From assembly GCA_008690995.1 (NCBI GenBank), contig VRMN01000001.1, positions 558,001 to 622,000 of the forward strand: DNA of 64,000 nucleotides, read 5' to 3'. A model generated the notes under the pieces. It made no database searches and had not been told where the DNA came from. It saw only the letters and a program-made list of their open reading frames with translations. Shown here piece by piece: positions 51,551 through 62,780 of the stretch. Numbering within the stretch: position 1 is the stretch's first letter; each line of letters begins with the position of its first letter. Origin of the DNA: Porphyridium purpureum. Taxonomy: Eukaryota. Position numbers and translations under genes: made by a program.

Positions 51551-53626
51551 CCCTCGCGGTTGAGCATGCGACGGCGCCTGTGCTTGCACCTGTGCCTGCG
51601 ACAAATTCATATTCGCGCCGGGAGCCGGCCCGGTTGTATTGTATAACGTCGACAGCGAAGAAAACCCAGACGGTCCTGAAAAGCCCGTTGTTGTCATACC
51701 CGTTGACGTGTCCTCGCGCACCTCAATCTTATACCCAGGCGGCAGAAATGTGTTGAAGCCAAGAATCAAATTCTTGTGTCCTTTGAAAAGCTGCGACACT
51801 CGCCGAATCACCTCAATGGTGCCAATCGTTTGCGCCTTGAATTCTTTCATGATGTCGAGAAATTGGTTGTAGACATGTGGTTGACCACTGAACTGTGACT
51901 TGACTTGCTCTAGGTATGCAAGCGCGTCCTCCACCTTTAACTGGCGATAACCGGACGCAGCCTGCGCTAAACCTGCCGGCGCTGCAGAGCCTGAACCGAC
52001 AACGGAGCTCGCCGTCCCGAGAGAAGGACCTGACGCGGCAGCCACAGCACTGGTTGTTGGCAGTAACGGCAAACCCATTGCTGAGACACCTTCCGCATGC
52101 TGCATGTGCATTTGCTGCGAGCGCTGATGTTGCTGTGAAAGTGATGCCGCAGCTCTACCAGGACCCAGCACATTCGCATTCCCACTGCCGTTTGCACTTG
52201 ATTTTGCACTTGAGTTCAGCGGGCCATTGTCACCGAACGAAGCATGCGTCTGGAAGCTTGAAGCAACTTCATCACGTACAGGCCGTGTTTTGCGTGCTTT
52301 CGTCGTCGCTCCCGCAGGCCTGGCCAATTCATCTCCAGGTATTTGTTGAAGCTGGCGTTGGGAATATTGTTCTTGTTGTTGCTGCTGATGCTGCTGCTGC
52401 TGCTGTTGCTTTTGAGCATTGGTAAGTTGTGCTGGCACTGCACCTTCAATAGAGACCCCTCCGGCTGGCACTGGTGCCTGCGCTTGGACTGGATTGCTTC
52501 TGAGAGGCGCAGAGGTTTCGGATCCAGTTTCTAGGATCCGACCTGAAACGTTCTGGCCCAGATTCGGGCCTCCTCGTGTATCCGGCGGAGCAAAGGTAGC
52601 GGCAGAGGCCTCGGCAGGCTCGCTCGGTGGCCGCTCGTGGCCGGCCTCTCCGCCTACCACTGTTGAAGCTGGCTGTGAGCTGCCGGGGGCTGGCGGCTGT
52701 GAAGCGACCTTGGACCCATCCTGAGACTGGCTGAGACCCGTGGGTCCTGTGTAGGGTGGGAACACTGTGACGGAACCCGTGCGGCTTTCTGCACCAACCG
52801 GAACTGCACTTTTAACGCCCGCACCTGCATTTCCAGTCGACAAAGGATATTCGATTCCCGCATGCGGCGCTGAGTCCGGAGTACTAATGCGACGCGGAAC
52901 GGACGGCTGCTTTTGTCGCATCGGAATTCCAGCCTGCTCAACCTTTTCTGAGTTTGGCAAGCCGTACGTAGACGGCGTCGAAGTCTTTGTGCCCGCCATT
53001 TTCAACGGCGCCTTGGACGGCTTCACATCTTTCATCGCCCGCGCCTGCCCAAGCGGCTGGTGACTCGGTTTTATCGAGGCTCCGTTCTCGCCGTCCGCAG
53101 CGCCACCCGACGCGGCGCGCTCTTGATTCTGGGCCAGCTGTGATGGTGGGGCAGATGGAGGTAAGGCGGGCAACTGCGGGGGCGCGATGTTTTGAACAGC
53201 AGCTCCTTCACTCTGCAATACTGGAGCAGGTACCTGCGATTTTCCAGCTTGCACGAATGCTTTCAAAGGCATCTTTCCGTCGCCATGAGGGGCCCTTCCA
53301 CTCTTGGCGTTTATCGCTGCCAAGCTGCTTGCGCCGGAGCCCTGAGGGGGTGGCTCTACCACATTGCTTGACCCTTGCGATTCGATCACTGGAGTCAGCT
53401 CTGGACTTTGTTCAGGCTGGACGGGCGCCTGTCCATGCGATGTTTCTGCCGGAGCCGTTGGGGCAGCAGCGACGTGCGCCCCACCGAGCGGCGGTGAGCT
53501 CTCCGGCGCTCGATTTTGCGTCGATGTGTCCTCACTTGGGGAGATTATCCGCGGTTTGACCTGTAGGGGCGTTCCCACGGGCGGGTCGCCTGGTGGCGCG
53601 GCACCGTCTTCGCTCGGAGTCTGCAT
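46694..53626 (-). CDS. SIN3: SIN3 transcriptional corepressor (three PAH domains, HDAC-interaction domain, Sin3 C-terminal region)
   Basis: PAH1 LKVEDALAYLEQVK...FNTFLPPGY; PAH2 EFNQAINYVNKIK...EFTQFLP; PAH3 FFEQIRARL; HID SYKKLP...CSG...LNDVWVSVPTGSED...KNQYEENLFRCEDDRYELD; KSLDHRS; YVLYTIDKL. ATG at 53626. Confidence 0.96.
46706..46783 (-). repeat. 15-bp coding minisatellite (about 5 units) encoding (PVPDV)n at the SIN3 C-terminus
   Basis: gggcacgtcgggcac units; protein EPVPDVPVPDVPVPDVPVPDVCVPDVP. Confidence 0.9.
51467..51547 (-). repeat. CAG/CAA trinucleotide tract encoding Q27 in SIN3, between PAH1 and PAH2
   Basis: (ctg/ttg)n run of 81 nt. Confidence 0.95.
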
Positions 53627-54440
53627 GCGGAGATCCGCCGACCTACACTTCTCTGCCCACTCAGTGCTCAACCCCGCCAAACAAACACAAACACACACTT
53701 ACACGCTTTCCACACGACTGCCTCTCTCTTTCTCACAGGCCTACGTGTCGTTCTTGCGACCGGTGTCGGGCCTCACAAGCGCACGGCTCTGCGCCGTCAC
53801 ACGCGTCTCCCGTGCGTCTAACACCCACGCACACTCTCTTCCTCGCAGATCGCGAGATCCCATCCACACCTCCTCTTCCTCCCACCACACACCACCAGCT
53901 CGAATCGCCACTCCCCGTCACCACCCATACATCTCCCTCTCTCTCTCTCTCTCTCTCTTCTCCCCACCATGCACTCCCTCCCTCCCCCCCTCGTCCCCGC
54001 AATAAACGACGCGCTCAACCCCCCCCCCTCCCGCCTTCAAGTCTTCTCGCAACTCGCCTTCCAAGCACACCCAAGAAACAAAAACAGCCGCCATGCGCGT
54101 TTCTCCTATTCAAAACACGCAAACCGTATAGCAAAACCGACTCGCTTCAAAATCTCCGTTCGGTCTCTTCCCCTTTCGTGCAACTGTACACTACTGCGTG
54201 TCTTTGCTGGGGCACGCACTGTACTCGTGCCATGCGCCGCACGACGGTTTGGGGGGTGTCAACGTGCAAACCGGTGGAACCAAACGCGTTGGGCAGTTTG
54301 TGTGAAACGTGACATACGGACATTCGTTTTTGCATAGACGCCCCCCGGCAAGACCTTTGCAGAACGCCGGCTTGGAGCCCGACAAACAACGAACGACGCG
54401 AGACAGTCGTGGCGTCGGCGCGCGAGACCTGATGGACGGA

Positions 54441-54469
54441 GAAGGAGAAGAAGAAGAAGAAGAAGAAGA
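54441..54469 (+). repeat. (GAA)n microsatellite in the SIN3/subtilase intergenic region
   Basis: gaaggagaagaagaagaagaagaagaaga read directly. (CT)n tracts also occur at about 53932-53961 and 61927-61966. Confidence 0.85.
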
Positions 54470-55405
54470 ACCAGGATGACGAACGCCAGGCTGGCCGGTT
54501 TGCGTGTTGGCGCGGCGCGCGAGGATAGCGCGTGGTGGAAATGAGGGCCGCGTGTCGCCGCGACACACACGCAACTGGCGAGCAGACGCAGAAATTGAGA
54601 AGCGCTTTGGCGTGGAAAGTGGCGCTCGGCAAGCTCGAGCCAAGCTCGAGCGTTTGTTCCAACGACTTTACCGCCCTACCATCAAGTTGCTCTTTGTCAC
54701 ACACCATCACAGGAAGCAACGGACTTACATTTCTCACTGTACCCTCACTTTTTATGCCTCGGATGTGGCGCTTGTGTTTACCTGTACCTCGAGCCTGAGA
54801 TGACTGACAGTTTCTGCCGATGATGACGCCGGCATAGTGAAACGTGCTTGTTTGTCAAGAAGGAGCCTGAAACGTTCGGCGCGTGCGCGGATTGAGAGGA
54901 ACAAGCCGCAGCGAGCCGCAGGATACGCTCTATTGTATGCAGGTGGAGACCCGAAGATACAAGCACGACGCGCAGATGCATGGACACGGCATTTAGCTGA
55001 CGCAGGGCACCGATGACGACGTACGTGTGTGGAGACAAGAGACATTTAGCGGAAGTAGAGACTTGCATTCGGACATACACAGATTCAGCCTGACTTGTGT
55101 GCACCTGTACATATCTATGGCAGAGTGTAAGGCTGTGTGTCGCATCTGGATGCTGAATGAGTATTTGAGACACACCGCTATACGCCTGCTGAAGTTGGCG
55201 TGCCGCACATCGTGCGTTTTCTCGCTCGCTGCCGCGCTGCTCGTCCATGCGAACCCGAGCGCGCAGGTTGAATCGTAAAAGACGTTCAAAGGAGAAAGGC
55301 GGAAAGGAGCTTCTCAGCAGGTCGAGCAGGTTATGCGCCGCAAACCATTCGGTACTTTTGTTCGCTGACTGATCCACGCCATCCTGTGGCTCCGAAAGGA
55401 ACTGA

Positions 55406-57988
55406 ATGGAGCAGAGCAGCGTTCCGCCAACCAGGACTGGGCACCGGCAAGGCCTTGCGCACGCCGCGGCGGGCGTTCTGGGTTTTGTTCTTACATGCGT
55501 GATCTTGCAGAAAGGTGCGTTAGTACACGCCCAGGACCAGAGCAACGTAATCGTGCTTGAGTCTGGCGTGCCGTACTCTGGCAGGTTTACCGCTTTCACT
55601 TTGGATGACTACTGGGAAAACCCAGACGCAAGCTTTCGGGGCCCGCAAATCATTTTCGAGATCGAGCCGACAAGTTTATTGCCTGCCAACATCGTCATCA
55701 CCACGTGCGGCAGCGAGCCCGCAAGCTCCATTAACTTTGGGGTTCATGCCACTGCGTTTCTGGTGGACCTAGACCCGCTCACAGCTAACGTCGAGCCCAC
55801 GCTCATCGAATTTTCGCGGGAGGACCACTACTGCTTTGGCAATGCCAATGTGCAGACTACGCTGGTGTATCAAGTTTCGAACCAGCGCGCATACTACTTG
55901 GTGCTGCAGCTGGCTGAACCGCTTGATGCAGGGCAGGTCGACTTTACTCTGCGGTATACGCGTGAGAATATACCCGCGCGGGCCCTTTCATGGGCGTTGG
56001 ACCGCATTGACCAACGAAACTTGCCCTTAAACGGCCAGGACACGGTATCGAGTGGCGGTTCTGGCACATTCATCTACGTTCTTGACACCGGGATACGAAT
56101 AGACCACGAGCAGTTTACTGGCGGGCGCGCAGAGTATGGGCGCAACTTTGTGGATCCCCATGATGGTGAGGATTATAACTCCGAGGACTGCAACGGACAC
56201 GGCACGCATGTTGCGTCCCTGGCGGCCGGTGCCACTGTCGGGGTCGCGTACGATGCCACTGTAATTGGCGTTCGCGTACTCAACTGCAACAATACAGGCT
56301 TGCTGCAAGACGTGCTCGATGGAATGGCGTGGGTTATTCAGAATGTTACGTCCATGAATCGGTACCCGGCGGTGCTGACTGCTTCAATCAGCTCGCGCGA
56401 CAGCGTGGTTGATGCGATCAACGAAATGGTTGTGGCACTCGAGGAAAATGGCATCTCGTTTGTAGGCTCTGCCGGCAACGATGGAGGTGATTCGTGCACC
56501 CGCTCGCCTGCTTCAGCCGTGCTCACGTCGAGTGCAACGTCGGTAGGTGCTACAAATATACAGGACGAACGCTACGAATTCTCCAACAGTGGCCGCTGCA
56601 CCACCATCTGGGCCCCAGGCGTCAACGTGACGGGAGCAGACATCTTTGGTGCTAGCTCGTATTCGCAGCGCACGGGCACGAGCTTTGCCGCGCCTCTCGT
56701 TGCAGGCACGCTCGCAATCTTCTACAGTCTGAACCCGACAAGCACGCCGCAGGAGGCGCGGAATACACTAACATATACGTCGACGCCTGGCGTCGTCAGC
56801 GGACTGCAAGATGACGACTTCAGTCGCTTTCTTTACGTTCGAAGCGTGCCGGTGCTTGACCTTGGCCCGCCGCCGTCCGGCCAGGTGTTCATTTACAGCG
56901 TCACGAGATACCGCCCGGACATGGTGCAGTGCACAAATGACGCCCAGCTGAGGCAGCTTGCGGATGGTCTGGCACAAAGTATTGCGTTTACACCCAATAG
57001 CAACATGAAGACTCCGCTGTGCGGAACAAATGTGACCGGTCTGAGTGGCCTCCTGGAGGTCGTCTTCCAGCTTCTCGACTCGGAATTGTCGGCTGCGTTA
57101 TCCTTTGAAGCGCTTGAAGCTGCGTACGAGGATGGCAGTGCTGAGTCAGCCATGGGCGTGCCGTACGTGAGTTACATTAGTCCCTGGGTGGTGGACTCGA
57201 ATGGAAACACCTATTGGGCGCCCCCGCGCTTCGAAAACTCCGAGCAGTCTGGGGGACTTAGTGGAGGTGCCATTGCAGGTATTGTGATTGGCGCTGTTGC
57301 TGGCGCGTTATTGCTAGTGGGTGCAGCGTATCTGGCTTACCTTCGAACGCGTCCTGCGCCGGAATCCAAACTTGAAGGCATGTATGGCACAGCTGAACCA
57401 CTGGATGAAGACATTGAGTTCCACGACGAAGCGGCAGGTGGTCCGGCCTTGAGCTCAATTTTCTCCGGTCGATTAAAAGGCCTGGGCTCCGGAAAATTAT
57501 TCTCTCCAAGAGGTCAGAACGCAGGGGCCAGTGGTGGCCTTATCTCGCCCAGGGGAACCAAGAAGGCGGGTGGATCCCGGAACGATCTCAAGTCTCCCCG
57601 CGGTATGCGCAGTCGTGGCGCCGGATCAGAAGAAGAGGAGCAGACGCATCGGATTTTATCTATGGGTGGTGAAGCGTTTGCGCATGCGCTTCGGTCTGCA
57701 AATCTTGACAGGCCTCCGGCCAACGGACATGCCGTAACAGAGAGCGGCGCGAACGGCATATTTGGCACTGACTCTGTGCCGGATCCTTCAACAGAAGCCG
57801 GGCATTCTGACTCAGGACGTGACTCATCGCTTGATCCAGAGCTGCTGTTGCGTGCGATGAACAGCTTTGCTGCATCTGATCCCGCCGCGAATGCTTCTTC
57901 GGTAACACCCATAGCATTGCCGTCCGCGGATGCGGACGGCCTTGTTACAATTCCCCTCAGCCCACGCGGTGCGGACATGAATAGCTAG
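55406..57988 (+). CDS. Subtilisin-like serine protease (S8A, proteinase K/aqualysin-type), type I membrane protein
   Basis: Signal peptide; WALDRIDQR; catalytic Asp YVLDTGI, His DCNGHGTHVA, oxyanion SAGND, Ser GTSFAAPLVAG; TM helix GAIAGIVIGAVAGALLLVGAAYLAYL. Confidence 0.93.
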   Translation: MEQSSVPPTRTGHRQGLAHAAAGVLGFVLTCVILQKGALVHAQDQSNVIVLESGVPYSGRFTAFTLDDYWENPDASFRGPQIIFEIEPTSLLPANIVITTCGSEPASSINFGVHATAFLVDLDPLTANVEPTLIEFSREDHYCFGNANVQTTLVYQVSNQRAYYLVLQLAEPLDAGQVDFTLRYTRENIPARALSWALDRIDQRNLPLNGQDTVSSGGSGTFIYVLDTGIRIDHEQFTGGRAEYGRNFVDPHDGEDYNSEDCNGHGTHVASLAAGATVGVAYDATVIGVRVLNCNNTGLLQDVLDGMAWVIQNVTSMNRYPAVLTASISSRDSVVDAINEMVVALEENGISFVGSAGNDGGDSCTRSPASAVLTSSATSVGATNIQDERYEFSNSGRCTTIWAPGVNVTGADIFGASSYSQRTGTSFAAPLVAGTLAIFYSLNPTSTPQEARNTLTYTSTPGVVSGLQDDDFSRFLYVRSVPVLDLGPPPSGQVFIYSVTRYRPDMVQCTNDAQLRQLADGLAQSIAFTPNSNMKTPLCGTNVTGLSGLLEVVFQLLDSELSAALSFEALEAAYEDGSAESAMGVPYVSYISPWVVDSNGNTYWAPPRFENSEQSGGLSGGAIAGIVIGAVAGALLLVGAAYLAYLRTRPAPESKLEGMYGTAEPLDEDIEFHDEAAGGPALSSIFSGRLKGLGSGKLFSPRGQNAGASGGLISPRGTKKAGGSRNDLKSPRGMRSRGAGSEEEEQTHRILSMGGEAFAHALRSANLDRPPANGHAVTESGANGIFGTDSVPDPSTEAGHSDSGRDSSLDPELLLRAMNSFAASDPAANASSVTPIALPSADADGLVTIPLSPRGADMNS

Positions 57989-58806
57989 CCTTTACTGCAT
58001 GAGGCACATCGGCTCGAATCTGGTGCTTGGTAGGCGTGGCTATGGAGCGACTTTACTTTTCACATTGAAATGATCCGTCTTTTGCCGTATATGTTTTGCT
58101 ATTGCAATGGGTGTCTTGTAGCACGGTATCGTTTCGGGATCGTGTGCCCGGTGGTGTTTGCTGCAATTCAAACGCGGGCGAATGCATCTGACCGGGAACG
58201 AGCGGCGGAATCCGGCTGGAGCATTTTGTGTCGGCATCGTAATGGAAGAGCATCGTCGCTTTCCACAATGAGCCTGCTTGAAGGATGTCACCACTGATCC
58301 CGTAGGTGTGGCGTAGTGTTCAACGGGATAAGGACCGGTATCGTGAAATATCCAGTGCGAAATTAATAACACGAGCATGTCAAAGAAGCCAAATGCGTGC
58401 AATTGCGACTTTCATACAAGGGCCGTGTGCGTCAAACGTGCAATCCATGCGTGCGGCGCGTATGGAGCACTTCTTTATTAAGGGGGCAAGACGAGGCCAA
58501 GTGCAAAACGTAATCGGTGCGAGAAGGAGGTCATGCCGTCCGATGAGCCATCCAGAGCCGGGTCCACGGTAGGCCGTTGTCATGACGAGCAACTTGGTCC
58601 GTGTTTGATGGGGGAACAAGTCACTGGTCTGGTGCGCTTCGCCAGGATATTTTTCCGTGCCAAGCTTAAACACGGCTGTTCGACAATACAGACTCGAACG
58701 ATATCAAAGCGCAATCTAAAACGGGGTCGTTTACTCACGGCACACCGGATTTCTACTTGCTCTACCGCGCCAGCGCAATGCGAGCTTGGTCGCATGCGGG
58801 TCTGGC

Positions 58807-61800
58807 TCAGATCTGCATCGGGGACCTGATATCTGGAAATGCAGTAGAATACAGCCCGACCAGACTCTTTGCCACTGCATGCGCGAAGCGCACTTGGGCA
58901 CGGAGGCGAAATGGCAAGCCCGTGTACGGAATTTGGTCGCTCGTCATGAATGCCGCCTGGTATAGACCGACCGGGTAGCCGAGCACCAGCATCAGACGCA
59001 GGACATCTCCAGTCTCAAATATGTCTTGATCCTCCGAGATTTGCTCCTCGACAAGTCCGCGCGATGCCATGAATCGCACCAGCATGTCTGTCACCACCCA
59101 AACCAGGAAGTGCTGGCGTGTTGTCAGGAGCAAATTTTCCATGCGCAACTGCGCGTTCCGACCGGGCGGCGCGATGAGTGACAAGATTCGATACCCCTGG
59201 CCGTGCTGCTCGCAGCCCGCAAAGTACTTCTGCAATAGCTTCTTCATTGGCGCTACGCACGTTTCCTCCGTCTTGGCGAATGCAGCTTCCTCTGCCTGTT
59301 CGTCGTCTCGAGAACGCTCACATGTACCCAGCCCGCAAAACTGCAAGGCAGGAATAAGCAATGGTTCAAGTTCATCCTCAGTCGCTGCAGGAGAATGAAA
59401 CTCGCCCGGTAGGATGAGCTGCTTCCAAGAAGCCAGGATGATAAAAGCCTCACTAACAATGGCTAGCCCGCCAATGCCTGGACCGCGAAACACAGATTTT
59501 TTGGAGACGTTGCGCCCTCGCAAAACGCGCTGCAATCGCTCACTCTGCTCCGCGCCTAGCGCACGTTCCACAATGGACGTAAAAGTGTAATCAAGCCCCA
59601 ATATGGTGCAGATCGGGACCCCGTACGGATTCGGCAGCATGGACTTTCGCTCATTTTCGCTCGACTTAGAGCCACTGGTACGTGGCGAGAACGGGACGTA
59701 CTGGGGTTCGAAAAAGTCACGGGGCCCCCGAGCTATAGCTTCTGGACCGGCCTCACTTGCAAGCTCTTGTAGCACGTAGTAACCCTGCACAACTTTGAAC
59801 CTTCGAAAACGGTCAGCGTGCATGACGGCTTCAACTTTGGAGGACCGCATGGCGGCCAGGTGCACAATTTCCAAGCCCGTTAAACGACTTGCGGCCATCA
59901 TCAGAGCATTCTGCCATGCAGAAGGATCTTGTGCTCGCCGATGTCCTTGCTTGCTCTTTCTCTTGCGCAAAAGACGAAATATCGCTTTCGGCTCGTTCCC
60001 GGAGAAGCAAAGTGGTGCGTCTTTTCCGCTGAAAAGGGCCGGACTCGGGTCCAAGACTGTCACTTGAGGAGGTTCGTGCGGTGGTTTCTCCAGATTAGCG
60101 TACACAATATTCCAGCGCGGATCACTCACATCGCCCGCAAGCGCTAGAAACGATGCCATGAACAAACCGCGGGCGACGTGGTGCTTCAGCTCAGCATGCT
60201 TGACATTATCTGGCAGGCCTCCGTTGGGCAGTGACACATCTCCATTTCCGCATCCATAGGTGACCTGCCGTAACCAGGCGTAAGCGGCAAATTCGTATTC
60301 TTCAGTGTTTGTTGAAACAGCCGTCGAAAACCCAAAGGCCGGCATGGGACCAGGCACGCTGCGGCACTTAATCTCTAGCGCTTCTAGCTGACGGCGAAGT
60401 CGCTTCGTTGTGGCATATGAGAGGCGCACAGTTGGATTGTCGGTGGATAGCAGATTCCATTCCACAAGCTTCTGTATGCGCTTTGATAGACCCAACTCAG
60501 ACAGGAATGTCGGCTCGGACTCCCGCAGCTCGATGCAACCGCAGTGACCCATTCCTGGGCCGTCCGCCGATTCTGAGTAAGTCCGCGTCGAATTGCGCAC
60601 AGCCAGTCGCCGTTGAATTATGTTGCGCTGATGCTCATTCAAGCCGAGCGCGGTGTCATTCGATAAAAGAGCAAGGTAAGACATCGAGCGCGCCGCGTGA
60701 GCAAGTACTCGGCACATGCAAGTGAGTCTGTGATATTGGCGAAAACTAGCCAAAGCGTCTTTAAGCGACTCGTCGCCGTATACAACATCACCCTTAAAGC
60801 GTCGCGGCATAAAGCGCTTGGCAGATACCTGTCCCGTTCTGGTACACACACTCAGCAGAGAGCCGAGACCTGTTAGCCACGTCGCATGTCTAAAGTAACG
60901 CTCTGACGATAAAAGCGCGTAAATGCAGGTGATAGCTTGCTCAGTCACGACCGGAAAGCTGATCCACAGATCTTGTACCCGCCACAAAAAGTATTCGATT
61001 TGATTCTGTAGAGAGCTGAGCTCATCAAAATCGACCGAGGTTCCAAACACGGGCACAGAATGAAGCTGCTCTGCTTCCATAGCTGTCGCGAGCGCGCTGC
61101 TGGAGCCATCACAGTCGACGAATTCGCTGTCGCCGAAGAAGCGTTTGTAGCTTGCCTTGCGGCTGAGCTCTTCATCTTTGTGATGTCGGAACAGCGACAC
61201 GACGAATCGCTTAAACTGGCGCATGCGCTCGCGCGCGGACACACGCTGGGTCTTGGCCGCGAGCGAGTCACTTCCCGGCATAGCCTCGCTGAAATCGCGG
61301 TACCTGGTCGAATCGACGACCACGTCGATGGCCTTGTACATGGGTACATACTCAGAGTACCTGTAGCCAATCCCGAAAAGAAAGAAGGCAAAAAACGGAA
61401 TGGCGTCGTACAACGTGTGCGACACGACGGCAACCGCCAGTTCGAGCCAGTACCAGAAGGACTTGCCGAAATGCCTCTGCTCTTTACGGTGGGCGTCTGG
61501 CTTGTGCTTGGCCATAATGACCGTAAACAATGCAAAGATTGACAACCCGCTCCAATTTTGAAGCACGCTGATGAATCCCGCCACAAAATCGACCACAATC
61601 AGCACGATGCGCCAGCCGAGCGACAGGTTCTTATTGAACCACGCGGCAGTGATGAAAAGGATGGGCACGCCGAACATGAGCAAGAAGCACCAGGTCGTGT
61701 ACCCGGCCAGAACGGGCAAACTCTCGGAAAGTCGATTAAACACGAGCGGCGAAAAGTGGATTCCGACGCCGCGGGACAGGTTGAAGAAGGTCGGATACCA

Positions 61801-61896
61801 TAGCGAGATGCTAATAACATTTCCAAACACATTAATCACAATTGCTTGCAGCTCACCGCGGAGCTGCTGCGCAATACTCATCCCGTCCGATTCCAT
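58807..61896 (-). CDS. Hypothetical 1029-aa protein with several N-terminal hydrophobic segments
   Basis: Long uninterrupted ORF with about 4-5 candidate TM helices in the first 180 aa. No family recognised. Confidence 0.7.
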   Translation of the reverse strand: MESDGMSIAQQLRGELQAIVINVFGNVISISLWYPTFFNLSRGVGIHFSPLVFNRLSESLPVLAGYTTWCFLLMFGVPILFITAAWFNKNLSLGWRIVLIVVDFVAGFISVLQNWSGLSIFALFTVIMAKHKPDAHRKEQRHFGKSFWYWLELAVAVVSHTLYDAIPFFAFFLFGIGYRYSEYVPMYKAIDVVVDSTRYRDFSEAMPGSDSLAAKTQRVSARERMRQFKRFVVSLFRHHKDEELSRKASYKRFFGDSEFVDCDGSSSALATAMEAEQLHSVPVFGTSVDFDELSSLQNQIEYFLWRVQDLWISFPVVTEQAITCIYALLSSERYFRHATWLTGLGSLLSVCTRTGQVSAKRFMPRRFKGDVVYGDESLKDALASFRQYHRLTCMCRVLAHAARSMSYLALLSNDTALGLNEHQRNIIQRRLAVRNSTRTYSESADGPGMGHCGCIELRESEPTFLSELGLSKRIQKLVEWNLLSTDNPTVRLSYATTKRLRRQLEALEIKCRSVPGPMPAFGFSTAVSTNTEEYEFAAYAWLRQVTYGCGNGDVSLPNGGLPDNVKHAELKHHVARGLFMASFLALAGDVSDPRWNIVYANLEKPPHEPPQVTVLDPSPALFSGKDAPLCFSGNEPKAIFRLLRKRKSKQGHRRAQDPSAWQNALMMAASRLTGLEIVHLAAMRSSKVEAVMHADRFRRFKVVQGYYVLQELASEAGPEAIARGPRDFFEPQYVPFSPRTSGSKSSENERKSMLPNPYGVPICTILGLDYTFTSIVERALGAEQSERLQRVLRGRNVSKKSVFRGPGIGGLAIVSEAFIILASWKQLILPGEFHSPAATEDELEPLLIPALQFCGLGTCERSRDDEQAEEAAFAKTEETCVAPMKKLLQKYFAGCEQHGQGYRILSLIAPPGRNAQLRMENLLLTTRQHFLVWVVTDMLVRFMASRGLVEEQISEDQDIFETGDVLRLMLVLGYPVGLYQAAFMTSDQIPYTGLPFRLRAQVRFAHAVAKSLVGLYSTAFPDIRSPMQI

Positions 61897-62780
61897 ACAC
61901 CCACCAGCTCAACGCCGACTCGCGACCCTCCTCTCTCTCTTTCTCTCTCTCTCTCTTTCTCTCTCTGCGCGTCACCTGCTCTGCTTCCTCCACTTCTTCT
62001 TCCCTAGTACCGCCGCGCTGTTCGTCCACTTCGTTCAACCCTACATCCACTGACACGAAACAGTGCCCTCTCCTTCTGCGGCGCAGCTGCGCGCTCCCCG
62101 CTCCGTCCATTCACTTCGCAGTCGCAGTCAGCCACGACGTGCTTACACTGGTGCGGCTGTCCCACCTTCTGCTTCCGAGTCTGCGCGCACTCCGCCATTG
62201 CACCTCATCCTCCCAAACCCCACCCACCTGCTCACAACATGACACGCAGCCACCACCACCACCACCGCCACTGCTGAACCAGCCAATCAGTGCGCGAAAC
62301 CCCCTGTTCCCCAATGCGCGCACTCAACGTGGAAACATCCTCCGCCTCAGGAAAAAATAGCCCTCGGGGTCAACAATGACCAACTGTACCTCGTGTAAGC
62401 GCGCACCCCTCAGCGCCGCCTGCCCAACACTGCGCAGCAATAACGGTTTATTGGTTATCGGTTCTCGGTTCATGTCGCCGTTGTGGACGGGTGGCCGTGT
62501 GAGATGACAAAGAAATGGCAACGTTGTCGTGTCTGAAGCGCGGATCTCCGCTGTTCGCCCACGCCTCGAGAGGCAACTGCGAGGTATCTAATAAAATGAG
62601 GTGGTTTTATAGGCGTGCGGGTTTTCCCCGGCTCGGTTGAAGGCGCCACATAGATCAGAGGAGGGCAAGGTTGGATGACTTGGCTGGGTTGACAAAGGCG
62701 TGCGTGTGTGAGAAGGATCGTCGAGACGGAGAGAGGGGAGGAGAAGGGCGACGGCGCTGTTGTGCGGGAGCGGGAGCAGA

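Noticed and set aside
51087..51563. Poly-Cys ORF on the plus strand
   Set aside because: It is the antisense reading of the SIN3 CAG/CAA tract.
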